Below, piece by piece: positions 30,547-46,001 of a stretch of DNA of 64,000 nt. This stretch comes from Octopus vulgaris. Lineage: Eukaryota. The translations under genes and the position numbers were made by a program. Position 1 is the first letter of the stretch. Every line of letters starts with the position of its first letter. The stretch is from positions 27,838,001-27,902,000 of the forward strand of contig OX597834.1 in the NCBI GenBank assembly GCA_951406725.2, given 5' to 3'. A model generated the notes under the pieces. It was given only the letters and a program-made list of their open reading frames with translations, had not been told where the DNA came from and ran no database searches.

Positions 30547-30787
30547 ATATGTATATGTATGTGTGTCTGTGTTTGCCTTCTCACCATCGATTGACAATCG
30601 ATGTTGGTGTGTTTACATCCCCGTAATGTAACTGTTTGGCAAAAGAGACCGATAGAATATAGTACTAGGCTTACAAGAATATGTCGTGGGGTCGATTTGT
30701 TCGACTAAAGGTAGTGCTCCAGCAAGATTTGGTAGGCAGAAACTGAAAGAAGCCCGTCTCATATCCATGTGTGTGTGTTTGTATATG

Positions 30788-30852
<65 letters not shown>

Positions 30853-30879
30853 GTGTGTGTTTGTACATATATGTGTGTG

Positions 30880-30935
<56 letters not shown>

Positions 30936-31121
30936 CTCTGTGCCTGTGTTTGTCCCTCACCACCGCTTGAACATTAGTGATGGTGTGGTTAGTCGCCGTA
31001 ACTAAGCCAAAAAAATGTAGGTATAAGGACTGGGGTCGATTCATTGGGCTAAAAGTTCCTCAATGTGGTGCCTCAGTATGACGGCAGTTTCATGACTGAA
31101 AGAAGTAAATGATAAAAGATA
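30334..31121 (+). mobile_element. SINE family A followed by a second headless, more decayed body
   Basis: After GTGCTCCAGCA (~30724) the body restarts at GATTTGGTAGGCAGAAACTGAAAGAAGCCCG. Confidence 0.75.
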
Positions 31122-31179
31122 AGTCGATTTGAGAGCAACTGAGGCCACTTAAATCGATGGCACTTAAATTTTAGACAGA

Positions 31180-31312
31180 ACCAGGAAAAGAAATAGTATT
31201 TGACTCAGCGCTTTCCTCCGATTACATATAAAGGCAATTGTAGCATAACGTCAACCTTTCGGCACAACGAGATCTTCAACAGAAATAACATTAAAGTTAG
31301 CTACACCTGTTA
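31180..31312 (+). pseudogene. PLE fragment with Naiad-like linker motifs
   Basis: Translates RKRNSI*L... and EIFNRNNIKVSYTC, resembling the recalled RKRNIIWFNPP...IFNRNTVKVSYSC. Confidence 0.55.
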
Positions 31313-31398
31313 ACAAGAAATACTAAATGCGCCACCTCTGTTAGGTTATTGCACTCACGACGGCGTGATGATAGCTTCGATAGAGAAACCGGGCGGCA

Positions 31399-31785
31399 TA
31401 CTCTTTACTCTTTACTCTTTTACTTGTTTCAGTCATTTGACTGCGGCCATGCTGAAGCACCGCCTTTAATCGAGCAAATCGACCCCGGGACTTATTCTTT
31501 TGTAAGCCAAGTACTTATTCTATCGGTCTCTTTTTGCCGAACCGCTACGGGGACGTAAACACACCAGCATCGGTTGTCAAGCAATGCTAGGGGGACAAAC
31601 ACACACACACAAACACACACACAAACACACATATATACGACAGGCTTCTTTCAGTTTGCGTCTACCAAATCCTCTCACAAGGCTTTGGTCGGCCCGGGGC
31701 TATAGCAAAAGACACTTGCCCAAGATGCCACGCAGTGGGACTGAACCCGGAACCATGTGGTTGGTTAGCAAGCTACTTACCACAC
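31399..31785 (-). mobile_element. SINE family A, near full length
   Basis: Same head, body and tail, with a short microsatellite. Confidence 0.92.
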
Positions 31786-32032
31786 ATGTTATGTTTTTGA
31801 GCAAGATACTTCCTTTCACGTTGTTTTACAATCTAAAAACATCTGATGTGTGGTACATTTGAGCACCTGAACAGGTAATGTCTGTTTGATAGAGGGAGAT
31901 TACTTATGTGAACACAAACATTTGCTCACTATAAATAAGTCATATGTAGTTGTTCAGCAAAGAATTGCGGAATTTTCATCTGTCGTTTAACGTGATAATA
32001 CATGCAGTCGTTTAAGTGGTAATACATGCAGT

Positions 32033-33357
<1,325 letters not shown>

Positions 33358-33510
33358 TGCATGCATGCATAGATAGATGGCTAGAAAGGTAAATAGAGAG
33401 ATAGACTGAGAGAGACACAGCGAGAAAGATACATAGAGAAATGAGTAGGGGTGGGGAGATATAATTACTACTAATTCGTGTAATCACCTTGAGATTGGTG
33501 TCGTTGTCGT

Positions 33511-34287
33511 GAGCTGGCCGAAACGTTAGCACGCCCGGCGAAATGCTTAGCGGTATTTCGTCTGTCGTTACGTTGTGAGTTCAAATTCCGCCGAGGTCGA
33601 CTTTGCCTTTCATCCTTTCGGGGTCGATAAATTAAGTACCAGTTACGCACTGGGGTCGATGTAATCGACTTAATACCTATGTCTGTCCTTGTTTGTCCTC
33701 TCTGTGTTTAGCCCCTTGTGGGTAATAAAGAAATAGGTATTTCGTCTGCGTTACGTTGTGAGTTCAAATTCCGCCGAGGTCGACTTTGACTTTCATACTT
33801 TCGGGGTCGATAAATTAAGTACCAGTTAGGCACTGGGGTCGATGTAATCGACTTAATACCTATGTCTGTCCTTGTTTGTCCCCTCTGTGTTTAGCCCCTT
33901 GTGGGTAATAAAGAAATTGGTATTTCGTCTGCGTTACGTTGTGAGTTCAAATTCCGCCGAGGTTGACTTTGCCTTTCATCCTTTCGGGGTCGATAAATTA
34001 AGTACCAGTTACGCACTGGGGTCGATGTAATCAACTTAATACCTATGTCTGTCCTTGTTTGTCCCATCTGTGTTTAGCCCCTTGTGGGTAATAAAGAAAT
34101 AGATATTTCGTCTGCGTTACATTGTGAGTTCAAATTCCGCCGAGGTCGACTTTGCCTTTCATCCTTTCGGGGTCGATAAATTAAGTACCAGTTACGCACT
34201 GGGATCTATGTAATCGACTTAATACCTATGTCTGTCCTTGTTTGTCCCCTCTGTGTTTAGCCCCTTGTGGGTAATAAAGAAATAGGT
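33511..34287 (+). mobile_element. SINE family B: one head plus 4 tandem 183-184-bp bodies
   Basis: Units start at 33552, 33736, 33919 and 34102. Confidence 0.92.
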
Positions 34288-34301
34288 CGTCATCGTCGTC
34301 G

Positions 34302-34341
<40 letters not shown>

Positions 34342-34729
34342 AGTCGTCATCGTCGTCGTCGTTGTTGTCATCGATGTTGTTGCTGTTGATGCTGCTGCTG
34401 CAGTTGTCATGGCTCCCGTTGCTGTTGTCTGCCTTTGCTGGAATTGCTGTGGTTGTTATTGTTGCTCTTGTTGCTCCTGCTCTTGTTGGTGTCGTTGCAG
34501 CTCTCAACAATACTCACATTTACTACGTGGAAAGTAAGAATATAAAGACTATAGATACATGTGTGCGTGTGTGTGTTTCTGTGCATGTGCGTGTGTGTCT
34601 GCGTGTGTCTGCGTGTGTGTGTGCTTGCGTGTATATGCATAAATTTGTATGTTTATATTTACATATAGGAAGATTTATATACTGATAATATATAATACAC
34701 ACACATACATCTAGATGGAGAGAGAGCGA

Positions 34730-34995
34730 GAGAGAGAGAGAGAACGGGAGGAAGAGAGTATAAGAAGGACAATAAGAGAGAGAGAGATAGAGTGAACGAG
34801 AGGAAGAGAGTACAAGGACAATAAGAGAGAGAGAGGGAGAGAGAACGAGAGGAAGAGAGTATAAGAAGGATAATAAGAGAGATAGAGAGAACGAGAGGAA
34901 GAGAGTACAAGGACAACAAGAGAGAGAGAGAACGAGAGGAAGAGAGTATAAGAAGGACAATAAGAGAGAGAGAGAGCTTAAGAAAGACAATGAGA
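34730..34995. repeat. Purine-rich ~40-bp minisatellite, about 6 copies
   Basis: GAACGAGAGGAAGAGAGTA(TAAG/C)AAGGACAATAAG(AG)n. Confidence 0.85.
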
Positions 34996-35411
34996 GAGAG
35001 GATGAGAGAGAGGGAGAGAGAGAGACAGAGAGAGAGAGGCAGTGAGGTTGAAAAGAGGTCAACCATTCGTTATGTAAGTTGGAGCTGGCAAAACACATTG
35101 AGTTTGATTTTGAAAAAAAAAAAAACTTTTTTTTTTTTTTCTATCTTTGGGTCTTTTGACTTTGGGTTGCGTGTAAAGAGAACGAGATTCGTCAAGTTGC
35201 AGAAGACTGTAAGAAGATGTAGGAGCATAAAGGGAATAAAGCTGGATGAATGTGACATACTATAATATAAGAAGACAAAGATGGAGGTTAGATATTGTAG
35301 AGATATGCAAACATCCTGATGGAACCTAAAGGTCGAGATAGTAGCAAGTGTAGGGAGTTGTTTTGTGTCACTGAAAATAGTATCATCAATATAGAGAGCG
35401 CCTGTATGTGC

Positions 35412-35488
<77 letters not shown>

Positions 35489-35586
35489 TATATGTATGTA
35501 TATACATATATATATGTTTCTCTTTCTCTCTATATATATGTATATCTGAAAATAGTATCATCAATATAGAGAGCGCCTGTATGTGC

Positions 35587-35629
<43 letters not shown>

Positions 35630-36575
35630 TGTTTGTGTGTGTGTGTGTGTGTGTGTTTGTATAAATGTACGTGTGTATATGTATATGTGTATATACGTGT
35701 GTGCGTGCGTGTGGTGTGTGTGTGTTGTGTATGCACACAAACATTTATATATTTATGTATATATATACATACTCATGTGTATGTGTGTGTGTGAGTCTAT
35801 ACATGCAGACATAATATATGTGTGTATGTATATATGTATGCGTATATAATATATATAGAGAAAGCGAGAGACAGAGAGATGTATAGCTATGTCTCTATGT
35901 CTCTCTCTCCCTCTACCTCTCTATCTCTCTCTGTTTCTCTCTCTATATATATATGTATATTATATATATATAGATAGATATATATATATATATACACGCA
36001 TACACACATACATACGAATACATACATATACTTATATATATGCATATACATACATATATACATACACATTCATATACATGTTATGAAAGGCATCAACGAA
36101 TTGAAAAAATAAAAAAACAAACATACCCAAAGAAATAAAATAACATGGAAAACAACACGTCAACAACAATAACATAAATAACAACAGCAACAAAAACAAC
36201 AACAACTGCTATAATAATATCTAAAGAGAATAACTATAAAAATGGCTGCAAGGAATCTTCAGTGATATTCTTGCTCCAAGAATAGGGACATGTTGATAGA
36301 GAGATCACGCAGAAGATAGACATTTTGGTAAACAGTATCTTCGGCATTCTGACTCATCACTTAAATAAACTTTAATATTGTTGTTTTTTCATTATCGTTT
36401 TGTACTTATTATTTCGTTCCTTTTTCTTGGTTTTAAAATATTTTCCTAGATTAAAATTTAATTTTGAATAAATTAAATGGGCTTAGGTTTTCAACGTAAA
36501 GTGATGTAACAACGCGCTTTAAGAACGAATATGTACATATATACATGCATACTGCATGCATAATTGTATATACTA

Positions 36576-36915
36576 TCGCTTGACAACCAGCATTTGTGTA
36601 TTAACATCCCTGTAACTTAGTGGTTCGCCAAAAGAGACTGATAAAATAAGTACTAGGCCTACAAAGAATAAGTCCTGAGCTCAATTTCTTTGAATAAAGG
36701 CAGTGTTCCAGCATGGCCACAGTCAAATGACTGAAACAAGTAAAAGAATATATATATATGCTGTGGTCTAAGCAACCATGAGGCAAAAAGAAACAGGTAC
36801 TTGTATTCCTGACAATAGAGGTGGATTTCAATACTTATACAGCACATGCAATGGGACTGAACCTTGTACCATGTGGGCAAGAAGCAACCTTCTTACCACA
36901 CAGCCACCACCTGCA
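36576..36915. mobile_element. Decayed SINE A pieces: 3' half (+, 36576-36749) and 5' part (-, ~36765-36915)
   Basis: Homology to family A. Confidence 0.7.
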
Positions 36916-36966
36916 TCTAGTTATGCAGTGTAGAAAGATAGCAATCACAATTTTTTTAAAATTTTT

Positions 36967-37013
<47 letters not shown>

Positions 37014-37251
37014 GCAAAAATATTCAGGAGCGAATATTTATATAGTTATTAATATTGTTATTATTATCAAAGGCAATAAAAATAATTTATAACAACAATA
37101 TTAATATAGGTGGTTGAAGGGTTAAGAAGTATTGATTGGATTTATACCTTCATCTCGTTCGCACATGCTTACCAACAGCAACGCAAGAAACCGGTCCACA
37201 TATATACATGTACCATTATATATATATGTATATGCATGTATATATACCTTT

Positions 37252-37405
37252 AAATTCCGCGGAGGTCGAATTTGCCTTTCATCCTTTCGGGGTCGATAAA
37301 TTAAGTACTAGTACTGGAGTCGATCAAATCGACTAGCCCCCCACCACCACCACCACCACCACCCCAAAAAAAATTTCGAGCATTGTGCCTGGAGTAGAAT
37401 AGGTT
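37252..37405 (+). mobile_element. SINE with family-B domain and alternative tail (B2)
   Basis: GCCTTTCATCCTTTCGGGGTCGATAAATTAAGTAC followed by TTGTGCCTGGAGTAGAA; same tail at 42334. Confidence 0.75.
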
Positions 37406-37673
37406 ATATATATATATATACCTGTACCTGTACCATCAAGTATATAGCTTTATGATATATAGATATGTGAGTGATATTTTTTCGGCCCGCACGCTCGATT
37501 ATTTTTAGTCAAAATATTTTAGTGGTCCGAAATATTAAAATATTTCTGACATTTTCCAATTTCTGAAGAAAGAAAGACAGAGAGAATGATCCTCGATGAC
37601 CATTCACACTGATCACAAAAAGACCAATCCAATAACTTTTATATAAACACACCTTATATAAATAAAAGAGGAA

Positions 37674-37747
<74 letters not shown>

Positions 37748-37774
37748 ATATATATATATATATGCATATATATA

Positions 37775-37825
<51 letters not shown>

Positions 37826-37834
37826 AAACTTATA

Positions 37835-38238
37835 TATAAAGAACGTGAAATTCACGAATTGACAAACGCGGAAAAACGGACAGTAATTCAGAGCCTTCAT
37901 TCTTCAGTCAGAAACCGATTCATCATGGCAAATTTCGGCTGTTTAATTCTGAGATTTGCTCCGAAAGGGCCAGCCCCAAGGAAAGGCTAAGCTATGGGCA
38001 TTAGATTTGCTTGGTAGAAGGAAAGAATGTGACAACAGAGACGAACAGGGAAACAAGAGACGAAGATAAAATTTACAGTAACGAATAAAAACAGGAATGA
38101 TACGGGGGCGTCATACGACTTTGAGACAAAATGAGACAAAACAATTGATCAGCAGCGTAGGAAACGGTTACCTTTTCGGTAGAGAAGACGGCAGTGGAAT
38201 GGGTTAGCAGTAGTAGGTTTGCAATTTGTATGTATATA

Positions 38239-38300
<62 letters not shown>

Positions 38301-38545
38301 TTAGATATGTTTCGACCAGAGATTGGTCCATATGTCTAACATAATAGCACCATATATATATATATATATATAAATTACAAAATGGGACAAGAACGCAAAA
38401 CATCCGGGCAACTAAGTGATACAAAAAGGGGCAACAAAACATTCAAACGGACGATACAAAGAAAACATGGACGGGTCATTCAAAGTTTTCTATCTTCAGT
38501 CAAGAACCGGGTTATCCTCGCATTTTCGGCTGATTATTCTTGTAT
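37835..38545 (-). mobile_element. Two related short elements in (TA)n (37835-38110, 38372-38545), also related to 6300-6470
   Basis: Shared CAGCCGAAA...CGGTT...TGACTGAAGA motif on the minus strand. Confidence 0.5.
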
Positions 38546-38547
38546 TA

Positions 38548-38602
<55 letters not shown>

Positions 38603-39021
38603 CAGCGTACGTACACTTTGTTCTCTTATATATAAGTACCTACAACGAACACCAATAAACGAGTGAAGAACGAATATATAGTGCGTATTTGGCAGAAAAA
38701 TAAATAAATAAATGTGACCATCCCAAAATACAACAATATATATATATATATAATATATTAATAAATAAAACATATTCATATATATATATATATACATATA
38801 AGTACGTACCTACATCTACATGTATATATACACGCATATATGAGTACAGGAGACAAAAAAAACGTCGAACACAATGAGAAACGAAAACATAGACACAAAC
38901 CCAAGGAACTGGACATTTTTCTTAAACAACAAAAAAATAGAGTACAGGACAAATAACACAAGGAAAAAACCCCTTCTTCAGTCGCCATGGTTTCATATAC
39001 TCTACGTTTCGAAGGTGAATA

Positions 39022-39068
<47 letters not shown>

Positions 39069-39245
39069 GGGTAAGAGAGAGAGAGGGAGAGAGATACATG
39101 CATACTTACTTACATAGATACATACATATAATCACAAGACACAAAGAATCATAAAGTAGAAGGATGTTTTAAAACAAATGTAAGGACACAAACCCTTACA
39201 GCCTTACATTAGAAGGGTGTGAGATACAGACAAACAATTAGGGTT

Positions 39246-39315
<70 letters not shown>

Positions 39316-39507
39316 CATCTCTTTACAAGTGTCTTTTTGATCGTTGTCGCTGTTGTTGTTATACACATCTTCAGACACGTTTGTTCTTTTTGTTGCTCTT
39401 AGAAATAAGAGGAATGAGGAATTTTAATATCTCCATTTCTACTACTTAAATCGTTTTAAGAAAAGCCGAAGGTTGTGCGCTTGCAGTGCGCGCGTGTACG
39501 TTTATGT

Positions 39508-39603
<96 letters not shown>

Positions 39604-39692
39604 CTGCTGCTTCCTTTTAAGATTATCATAACCAGCTCGATTTACTCTTTGAAATCGCTTTACATGATGACATGGATAGGAGCGAGGTGCAT

Positions 39693-39737
<45 letters not shown>

Positions 39738-39915
39738 TGTGCTTATGAGATATATATATATGTTTGTGTGTGTGTATGTATGTTGATATGGATATATACA
39801 TAACATATATATATACAAGCATATGTATGCGAATATATATACATATATGCATATAAACGTTTATTTATATGTGTATTCATGTACCGCAACCACATGGCTG
39901 AAACGAATAAAAGAA

Positions 39916-39994
<79 letters not shown>

Positions 39995-40026
39995 TATTTA
40001 TATATATATATATATATATATATTTA

Positions 40027-40065
<39 letters not shown>

Positions 40066-40821
40066 CATATATATATATATATGTATGTGTGTAATTCTTT
40101 TATTCGTTTCAGCCATCTATTTATGTATGGATATGTACAGACATATGCATTCATAACAGTATATTATTACCCACCTATCCCTAATCCTACGTGCAGTGAC
40201 TACCCATCCACCCGGCCAACCAGCCAACATGAACGAAGATCGAAATAATAACAGACCCACCACCACCTCCACCATCACTACCACCACCGCCGCCGCCTTC
40301 GCCCTTGCTTTGCTGTAGGTGAGCGTGTGCGAGCATGATGAGGGTATAATTCCAATCCTACCACCTGTGACCACACAAGATGTTTCCCCGACAAGTACAA
40401 TACAAATAATAGTTCAAAGGCAGCGCCGAGGGTAAGGAGTCGTTGAAGTGGCCTTTAAACGGTGTGACGTTACTAGTAAGTTTTATAATAAATGCGGGTA
40501 GGGTCACATTCTTCGAGTTGCGAATGTTGTGAGTAGAAAGAAGGTTTGTTAAATGCAGTTGGCGTCCGGTATTCATTTGTGTTGCGAATGGCTAAATGAT
40601 ATTTGAGATATAATCAAAAGAACTGAAATGATGGCGAAATGCTGCTCGCCCGGCACCGCCATACCCTCTGCTGATATTGTTACCGATGCTACTGCTGCTG
40701 CTACCGCTGCTGCTGTGTCTTGTGGTGCCGTCATCGTCTTTGCTGTTTCTCTTGTTGCATGGAAGTGGTGACGCTTGAATTCTCGAATTTATGATGTTAT
40801 ATATATATATGTGTGCACAGA

Positions 40822-41028
40822 CTATAATTATATTTGTATATATATTATAATTATATTATAATTATATTTGTATATATATTATAATTATATTATAATTATA
40901 TTTGTATATGTATTATAATTATATTATAATTATATTTGTATATATATTATAATTATATTATAATTATATTTGTATATATATTATAATTATATTATAATTA
41001 TATTTGTATATATATTATAATTATATTT
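40822..41028. repeat. AT-rich ~34-bp tandem repeat, about 6 copies
   Basis: TATAATTATATTTGTATATATATTATAATTATAT. Confidence 0.85.
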
Positions 41029-41030
41029 AA

Positions 41031-41261
41031 GGCGGCGAACTGGCTGAAACGTTAGCACGCCGGGCGAAATGCGTGGCCGTATTTCGTCTGCCGTTACGTT
41101 CTGAGTTCAAATTCCGCCGAGGTCGACTTTGCCTTTCATCCTCTCGGGGTCGATAAATTAAGTACCAGTTGCGCACTGGGGTCGATGTAATCGACTTAAT
41201 CCGTTTGTCTGTTCTTGTTTGTCCTCTCTGTGTTTAACCCCTTGTGGGTAGTAAAGAAATA
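41031..41261 (+). mobile_element. SINE family B monomer
   Basis: GGCGGCGAACTGGCTGAAACGTTAGCACG...GTGGGTAGTAAAGAAATA, flanked by TATAATTATAT on both sides. Confidence 0.92.
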
Positions 41262-41328
41262 TATAATTATATGTGTGTCTGTGTTTGTGTGTGTGCGTGC
41301 ATGTGTGTATGCATAAAAGTATATATAT

Positions 41329-41712
41329 GGCGCAGTAGTGGCTGTGTGGTAAGTACTTTGCTTACCAACCACATGGTTCCGGGTTCATTCCCACTGCGTG
41401 GCACCTTGGGCAAGTGTCTTCTACTATAGCCTCGGCCCGACCAAAGCCTTGTGAGTGGATTTGGCAGACGGAAAGTGAAAGATGCCCGTTGTATATATGT
41501 ATATATATGTATGTGTATGTGTATATGTTTGAGTGTCTGTGTTTGTCCCACCAACATCGCTTGACAACTGATGTTGGTGTGTTTACGTCCCCGTAACTTA
41601 GCGGTTCGACAAAAGTACTAGGTTTACAAAGAATAAGTCCCAGGGTCGAATTGCTCGACTAAAGGTGTTGCTCCAGCATGGCCGCAGTCAAATGATTGAA
41701 ACAAGTAAAAAA
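41329..41712 (+). mobile_element. SINE family A, full length
   Basis: Head, body and tail present. Confidence 0.92.
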
Positions 41713-41865
41713 GTATAAGTATACCTAAGTGTATGTCTGTGAGTCCACGTATGCAAATATACATAGATATGGGTGCTCAGTCGCGTACATTTGTTTCTAT
41801 GTATATGTATATGTTTGTGTGTGTATGTAGATATGCATGTAGAAATATATATGCATATATAACTA

Positions 41866-41944
<79 letters not shown>

Positions 41945-42333
41945 AGGAGGAAGAGACAACTAGAAAAGCAGAGAGAGAAAGAGAGGAGAACGATACAGTG
42001 AGATAGACAGAATGACAGAGAGAAATCGACACATCATGCTAAATGTAAATACGTCGTTGAAAGGCAAATTTACTGCAATATTCGTAAAGGTAACATCTCT
42101 TATGGATATGCTCTGCTTAAAAAGAGAGTCGAAAGTCGTACAAGCAGCGTCTGGCAAAAACAACAGATTCATCACGTCTTTTGTGGGCCTTCTCAACGAC
42201 ATGTTCTCATATCCGTCAAGATGTTTAGATGAGGCTTGTCGCTTCCGATGTAAGAAACAAGAAATAAAGCACTGATGCGTATAGCTGCGCAGTTGAATAA
42301 AATACGTTTTACGCAATAGAAGCAGTATTAAAT

Positions 42334-42463
42334 ACTTTTCTACTCTAGGCACAAGGCCAAAAATTTTGGGGGACGGGTCCAGTCGATTAGATCGACCCCA
42401 GTACGCAATTGGTACTTAATTTATCGATCCCGAAAGGATGAAAGGCAAAGTCGACATCGGCGG
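42334..42463 (-). mobile_element. 5'-truncated SINE B2 with perfect 16-bp TSD
   Basis: AGAAGCAGTATTAAAT at 42318-42333 and 42464-42479. Confidence 0.9.
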
Positions 42464-42703
42464 AGAAGCAGTATTAAATTTAAACAACCATCTACGTATC
42501 ATATTTGATGTAAATATACTGCTGAAAGGCAAATTTTCTGTGGTATTCGTCCCAGAATAACATATCTTATACACGTGCTGTTAGTAAATACATAGTATAT
42601 AATAGAGGGAGACGAAGCTTGGGCAGAGATATGGAGAGAGAAGTAGATAGACAGGCAAAAAGACAGACAGATACATAGGCAGACAGGCAGATAGGCAGAT
42701 AGG

Positions 42704-42742
<39 letters not shown>

Positions 42743-42841
42743 AGGGTAGGCAAGGAAACAGACACATAAGGTAGAGAGGAAGACCGCGGGACAGACAGAC
42801 AGATAGGAACGTAGGGGCACAGACAGGAAGACAGACAGACG

Positions 42842-42872
<31 letters not shown>

Positions 42873-42924
42873 AGATAGATAGATAAGTAGGTAGGTAGGT
42901 GAGTTGACATAGATAGACAGATAG

Positions 42925-43071
<147 letters not shown>

Positions 43072-43534
43072 CCAACTGAAAATGATAACGAGAATTTAGC
43101 TAAGTGATTTTCAACTGCTTTCTTTTGTCTTTTTCGTTTGATATCAATATAGTTTCTTATATAATTCTATGAGGTATTTTCTTTGCTTTCAATTTTGTAG
43201 GTTTTCCTGAAGATATACACACATTGAGACACATGTATGCACACAAAACCTTAACACATATTTATACACATACTAACAATCATTCTTATATATACGCATA
43301 CCGATACAGTATAAATGCACGCACATACATACACACGCTTGCGCGCGCACACATACATACGCCTGCGCATGCACTTACACACAAACACACACACAAATAT
43401 ATATACATACACGCAAGCACAAGCATCAGAATTCGACCAACAATGCTGTAAAATGCTTTGAAAATAAAATAAACATCAAAAATTCATAATAAACAATATA
43501 AAAATATTGACTAAAAACCCAAACAGAATAAGAG

Positions 43535-43567
<33 letters not shown>

Positions 43568-43623
43568 TTGTGTTTGTGTAAGATAAATAATATATATTAC
43601 AAACATATATCATATATCTATAC

Positions 43624-43673
<50 letters not shown>

Positions 43674-43757
43674 CATATATATCTGTATATATATGTATAT
43701 ATATATAGGTATGTATGTATAAGTATATATCTATATACATATAATTATAGGTGTGTG

Positions 43758-43802
<45 letters not shown>

Positions 43803-44521
43803 TATATATTATATACTGTATATATAAATTATATATATATATTATGTATATATATATATATATATACTTACATACATATGTGTAGGAATGTGAGTGCGTG
43901 TGCGTGCGTGTGTGTGCGAGTGTGAGTGTGTGTGTGTGTGTGCGTGTGTGTGTGCAGGAATCCTTCACATCAAAACCATATGTCTGTACCGAGGCTACAT
44001 TTGTAGTTTGGGAAGATAGAAAGAAAAAAAAAGCATGAAAACAAAAAGGTAAGAAACAAAAGAAAAAAAAGACAAAATTGGTTAGACTTTCCGAAAAGTC
44101 CAGTCATTTCCTTAGAAGTGAAATACTTCTAAAAGTATTTAGTATTTACTCAATTAAGTAAGTACTCGACACACAGAAGTACACATCATATAAACAGTAT
44201 TTTAGGCATATTTTGTATATACCTATTATGTATGTCTTAATATATATAAAAATGTGTGTGTGTGTGTGTTTTGTTATATACGGTTTGACGAAAGCAAAAG
44301 ATTATGCTAACAAAAGCAGCGAAATAAAATGGAATATAGTAAAGAAAATTGAGCGGGAAGAATAACATTGAAAATAATATTAATGTGCGACTATTGTGTC
44401 AGCCATAGATGTGTGACAAACTCATGGAGCTGTTGAGCTTTAAGGCACGAATATTGCGCCATTTTCCTAAGTCAGTGGCTGTCAATATTGTCGACGAAGA
44501 ATCGTTTTTTCAACAAGTATT

Positions 44522-44563
<42 letters not shown>

Positions 44564-44721
44564 TACACACACACGCACACACACAGAGATACACACACAC
44601 GCGCACACACACACACACACACACAAATGTCTGGTCTAACTTTAATATTAAACTGGAGAATTACTCAATATTTTGCTTTGTAGGGAATATGTTATTTCCA
44701 TCATATTTTTGAAGTAGGACT

Positions 44722-44770
44722 GACAGTGACTTCGAAGTTTCGGCTTGCCTGTAGCTTCCGTCGAACTGTC
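44722..44770 (-). ncRNA. Degenerate hammerhead (stems intact, core mutated)
   Basis: GACAGT-tcGACGg-aa-GCT.acaggca.AGC-C-GAAA-CTTCGAAG-TC^ACTGTC. Confidence 0.5.
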
Positions 44771-44999
44771 TGAAGAAAGTAAAGTCTTGTAGGCCGAAAC
44801 GTGTAAATCATTGATACTGCTTTTCTTATATAACATAATATAGTATAATATAATATAATATAATATAATATAATTTTATTTTATACATATATATATACAC
44901 ATATATGTACATACATACATGTATATATATATATATACATATATATATACATATATATATGCATATATATATATACATACATGAAGGCTTGTTACTGTT

Positions 45000-45582
45000 G
45001 GATAGCTTTATTGATTTCACATGATCTAACAGCACTTGGACATCTTCCTAATGGGGCCAGAGTGTAAAGGTGTCATCAACATATCGCAGCCATAGGATTG
45101 GTGTTAGTGGTGTTGATCCTAAAGCCAAATTCTCAAAGTATTCCATCTACATATTGTCTATTATCAGTGATAATGGTGAACCCATAACTAAACCCTTTTC
45201 ATGTCGATATATATCAGTGCCCATACTGAAGTAGGGAGTTTCTACACAGAAGGTCAACATTTCCATCAAGTTTTTTATTGGTATACTAGTGCGTTCTTTT
45301 AGATCGGTGTCTGTCACTAGTTTTTCTTGAATCACCGATAGTTCTTCACCAGTTGGGACTTTGGTGAACAGAATTATCACATCTAGACTCACCATCTGGT
45401 TGGCTTCAATGGGAGTATCCTTGATCAATTCTGTGAAGTGAGTGGAACTCTTCACGAATGGTGTTGACTTTCCTGCTATTGGACTGATTATATCCACAAG
45501 GAAGCGGCTCAGTGGATGACATGCTGAACGTCAACAGCTCACTATAAGTCATAATGGAATACTATCCTTGTGAATCTTAGGG
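45000..45582 (-). pseudogene. Penelope/Poseidon-type PLE reverse transcriptase fragment
   Basis: PKIHKDSIPL*LIVS, VSLDVIILFTKVP, GLVMGSPLS, WLRYVDDTF; contains stops and frameshifts. Confidence 0.88.
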
Positions 45583-45632
45583 ATTCACTTGCTTATTGTT
45601 CCTACACCTGTCTTCGTCTTTGCTTTTCTATA

Positions 45633-45666
<34 letters not shown>

Positions 45667-45678
45667 TACATTTCTAAA

Positions 45679-46001
45679 ATCAGTAACAGCACAACCAAGT
45701 GAAGGCTTGTCGCCAAATTAGTCTGGTGGTCCCAGGAAAGGGAAGAATGTTACTATTATTTAGCCCCAAGAAACACCGTTTCCAGTTGGCTACGTGACAC
45801 AAGCGTTCTGCGTCCTTAAGTTTACAAACAAGGTAGATAAGCACCTCCACCCAACAAAGCCAACATCCAGAAACTAGTTTCATGGTTATTGCTCTTCATC
45901 AGTCTGGAGTAGCATGGCCTTGCAAGATGTCGCTACTAATCCGCTGTCGAAAACTTGTAGAAATTCAAGTGAAAAACATTCACTTATCTACAGAAATAGA
46001 A
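45679..46001 (-). mobile_element. ~320-bp non-coding HHR-bearing element between 16-bp direct repeats; HHR at 45866-45908
   Basis: TCCAGA-CTGATGA-agagcaataaccat-GAAA-CTAG-TT^TCTGGA; ATATTACATTTCTAAA at 45663-45678 and 46002-46017; diverged relative at ~16405-16472. Confidence 0.7.

Noticed and set aside
33552-34287. CRISPR array or HHR retrozyme reading of the tandem units
   Set aside because: No spacers, eukaryotic context, and no hammerhead core found on either strand.
38300-38342. GACCA/TGGTC hairpin followed by GAAAC on the minus strand
   Set aside because: Core and cleavage triplet cannot be assigned; at most a decayed remnant.
40319-40431. Possible plus-strand exon (CTGTAG|...GAGG|GTAAGG) with an open frame
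   Set aside because: The peptide resembles nothing I recognise and has no partner exons.
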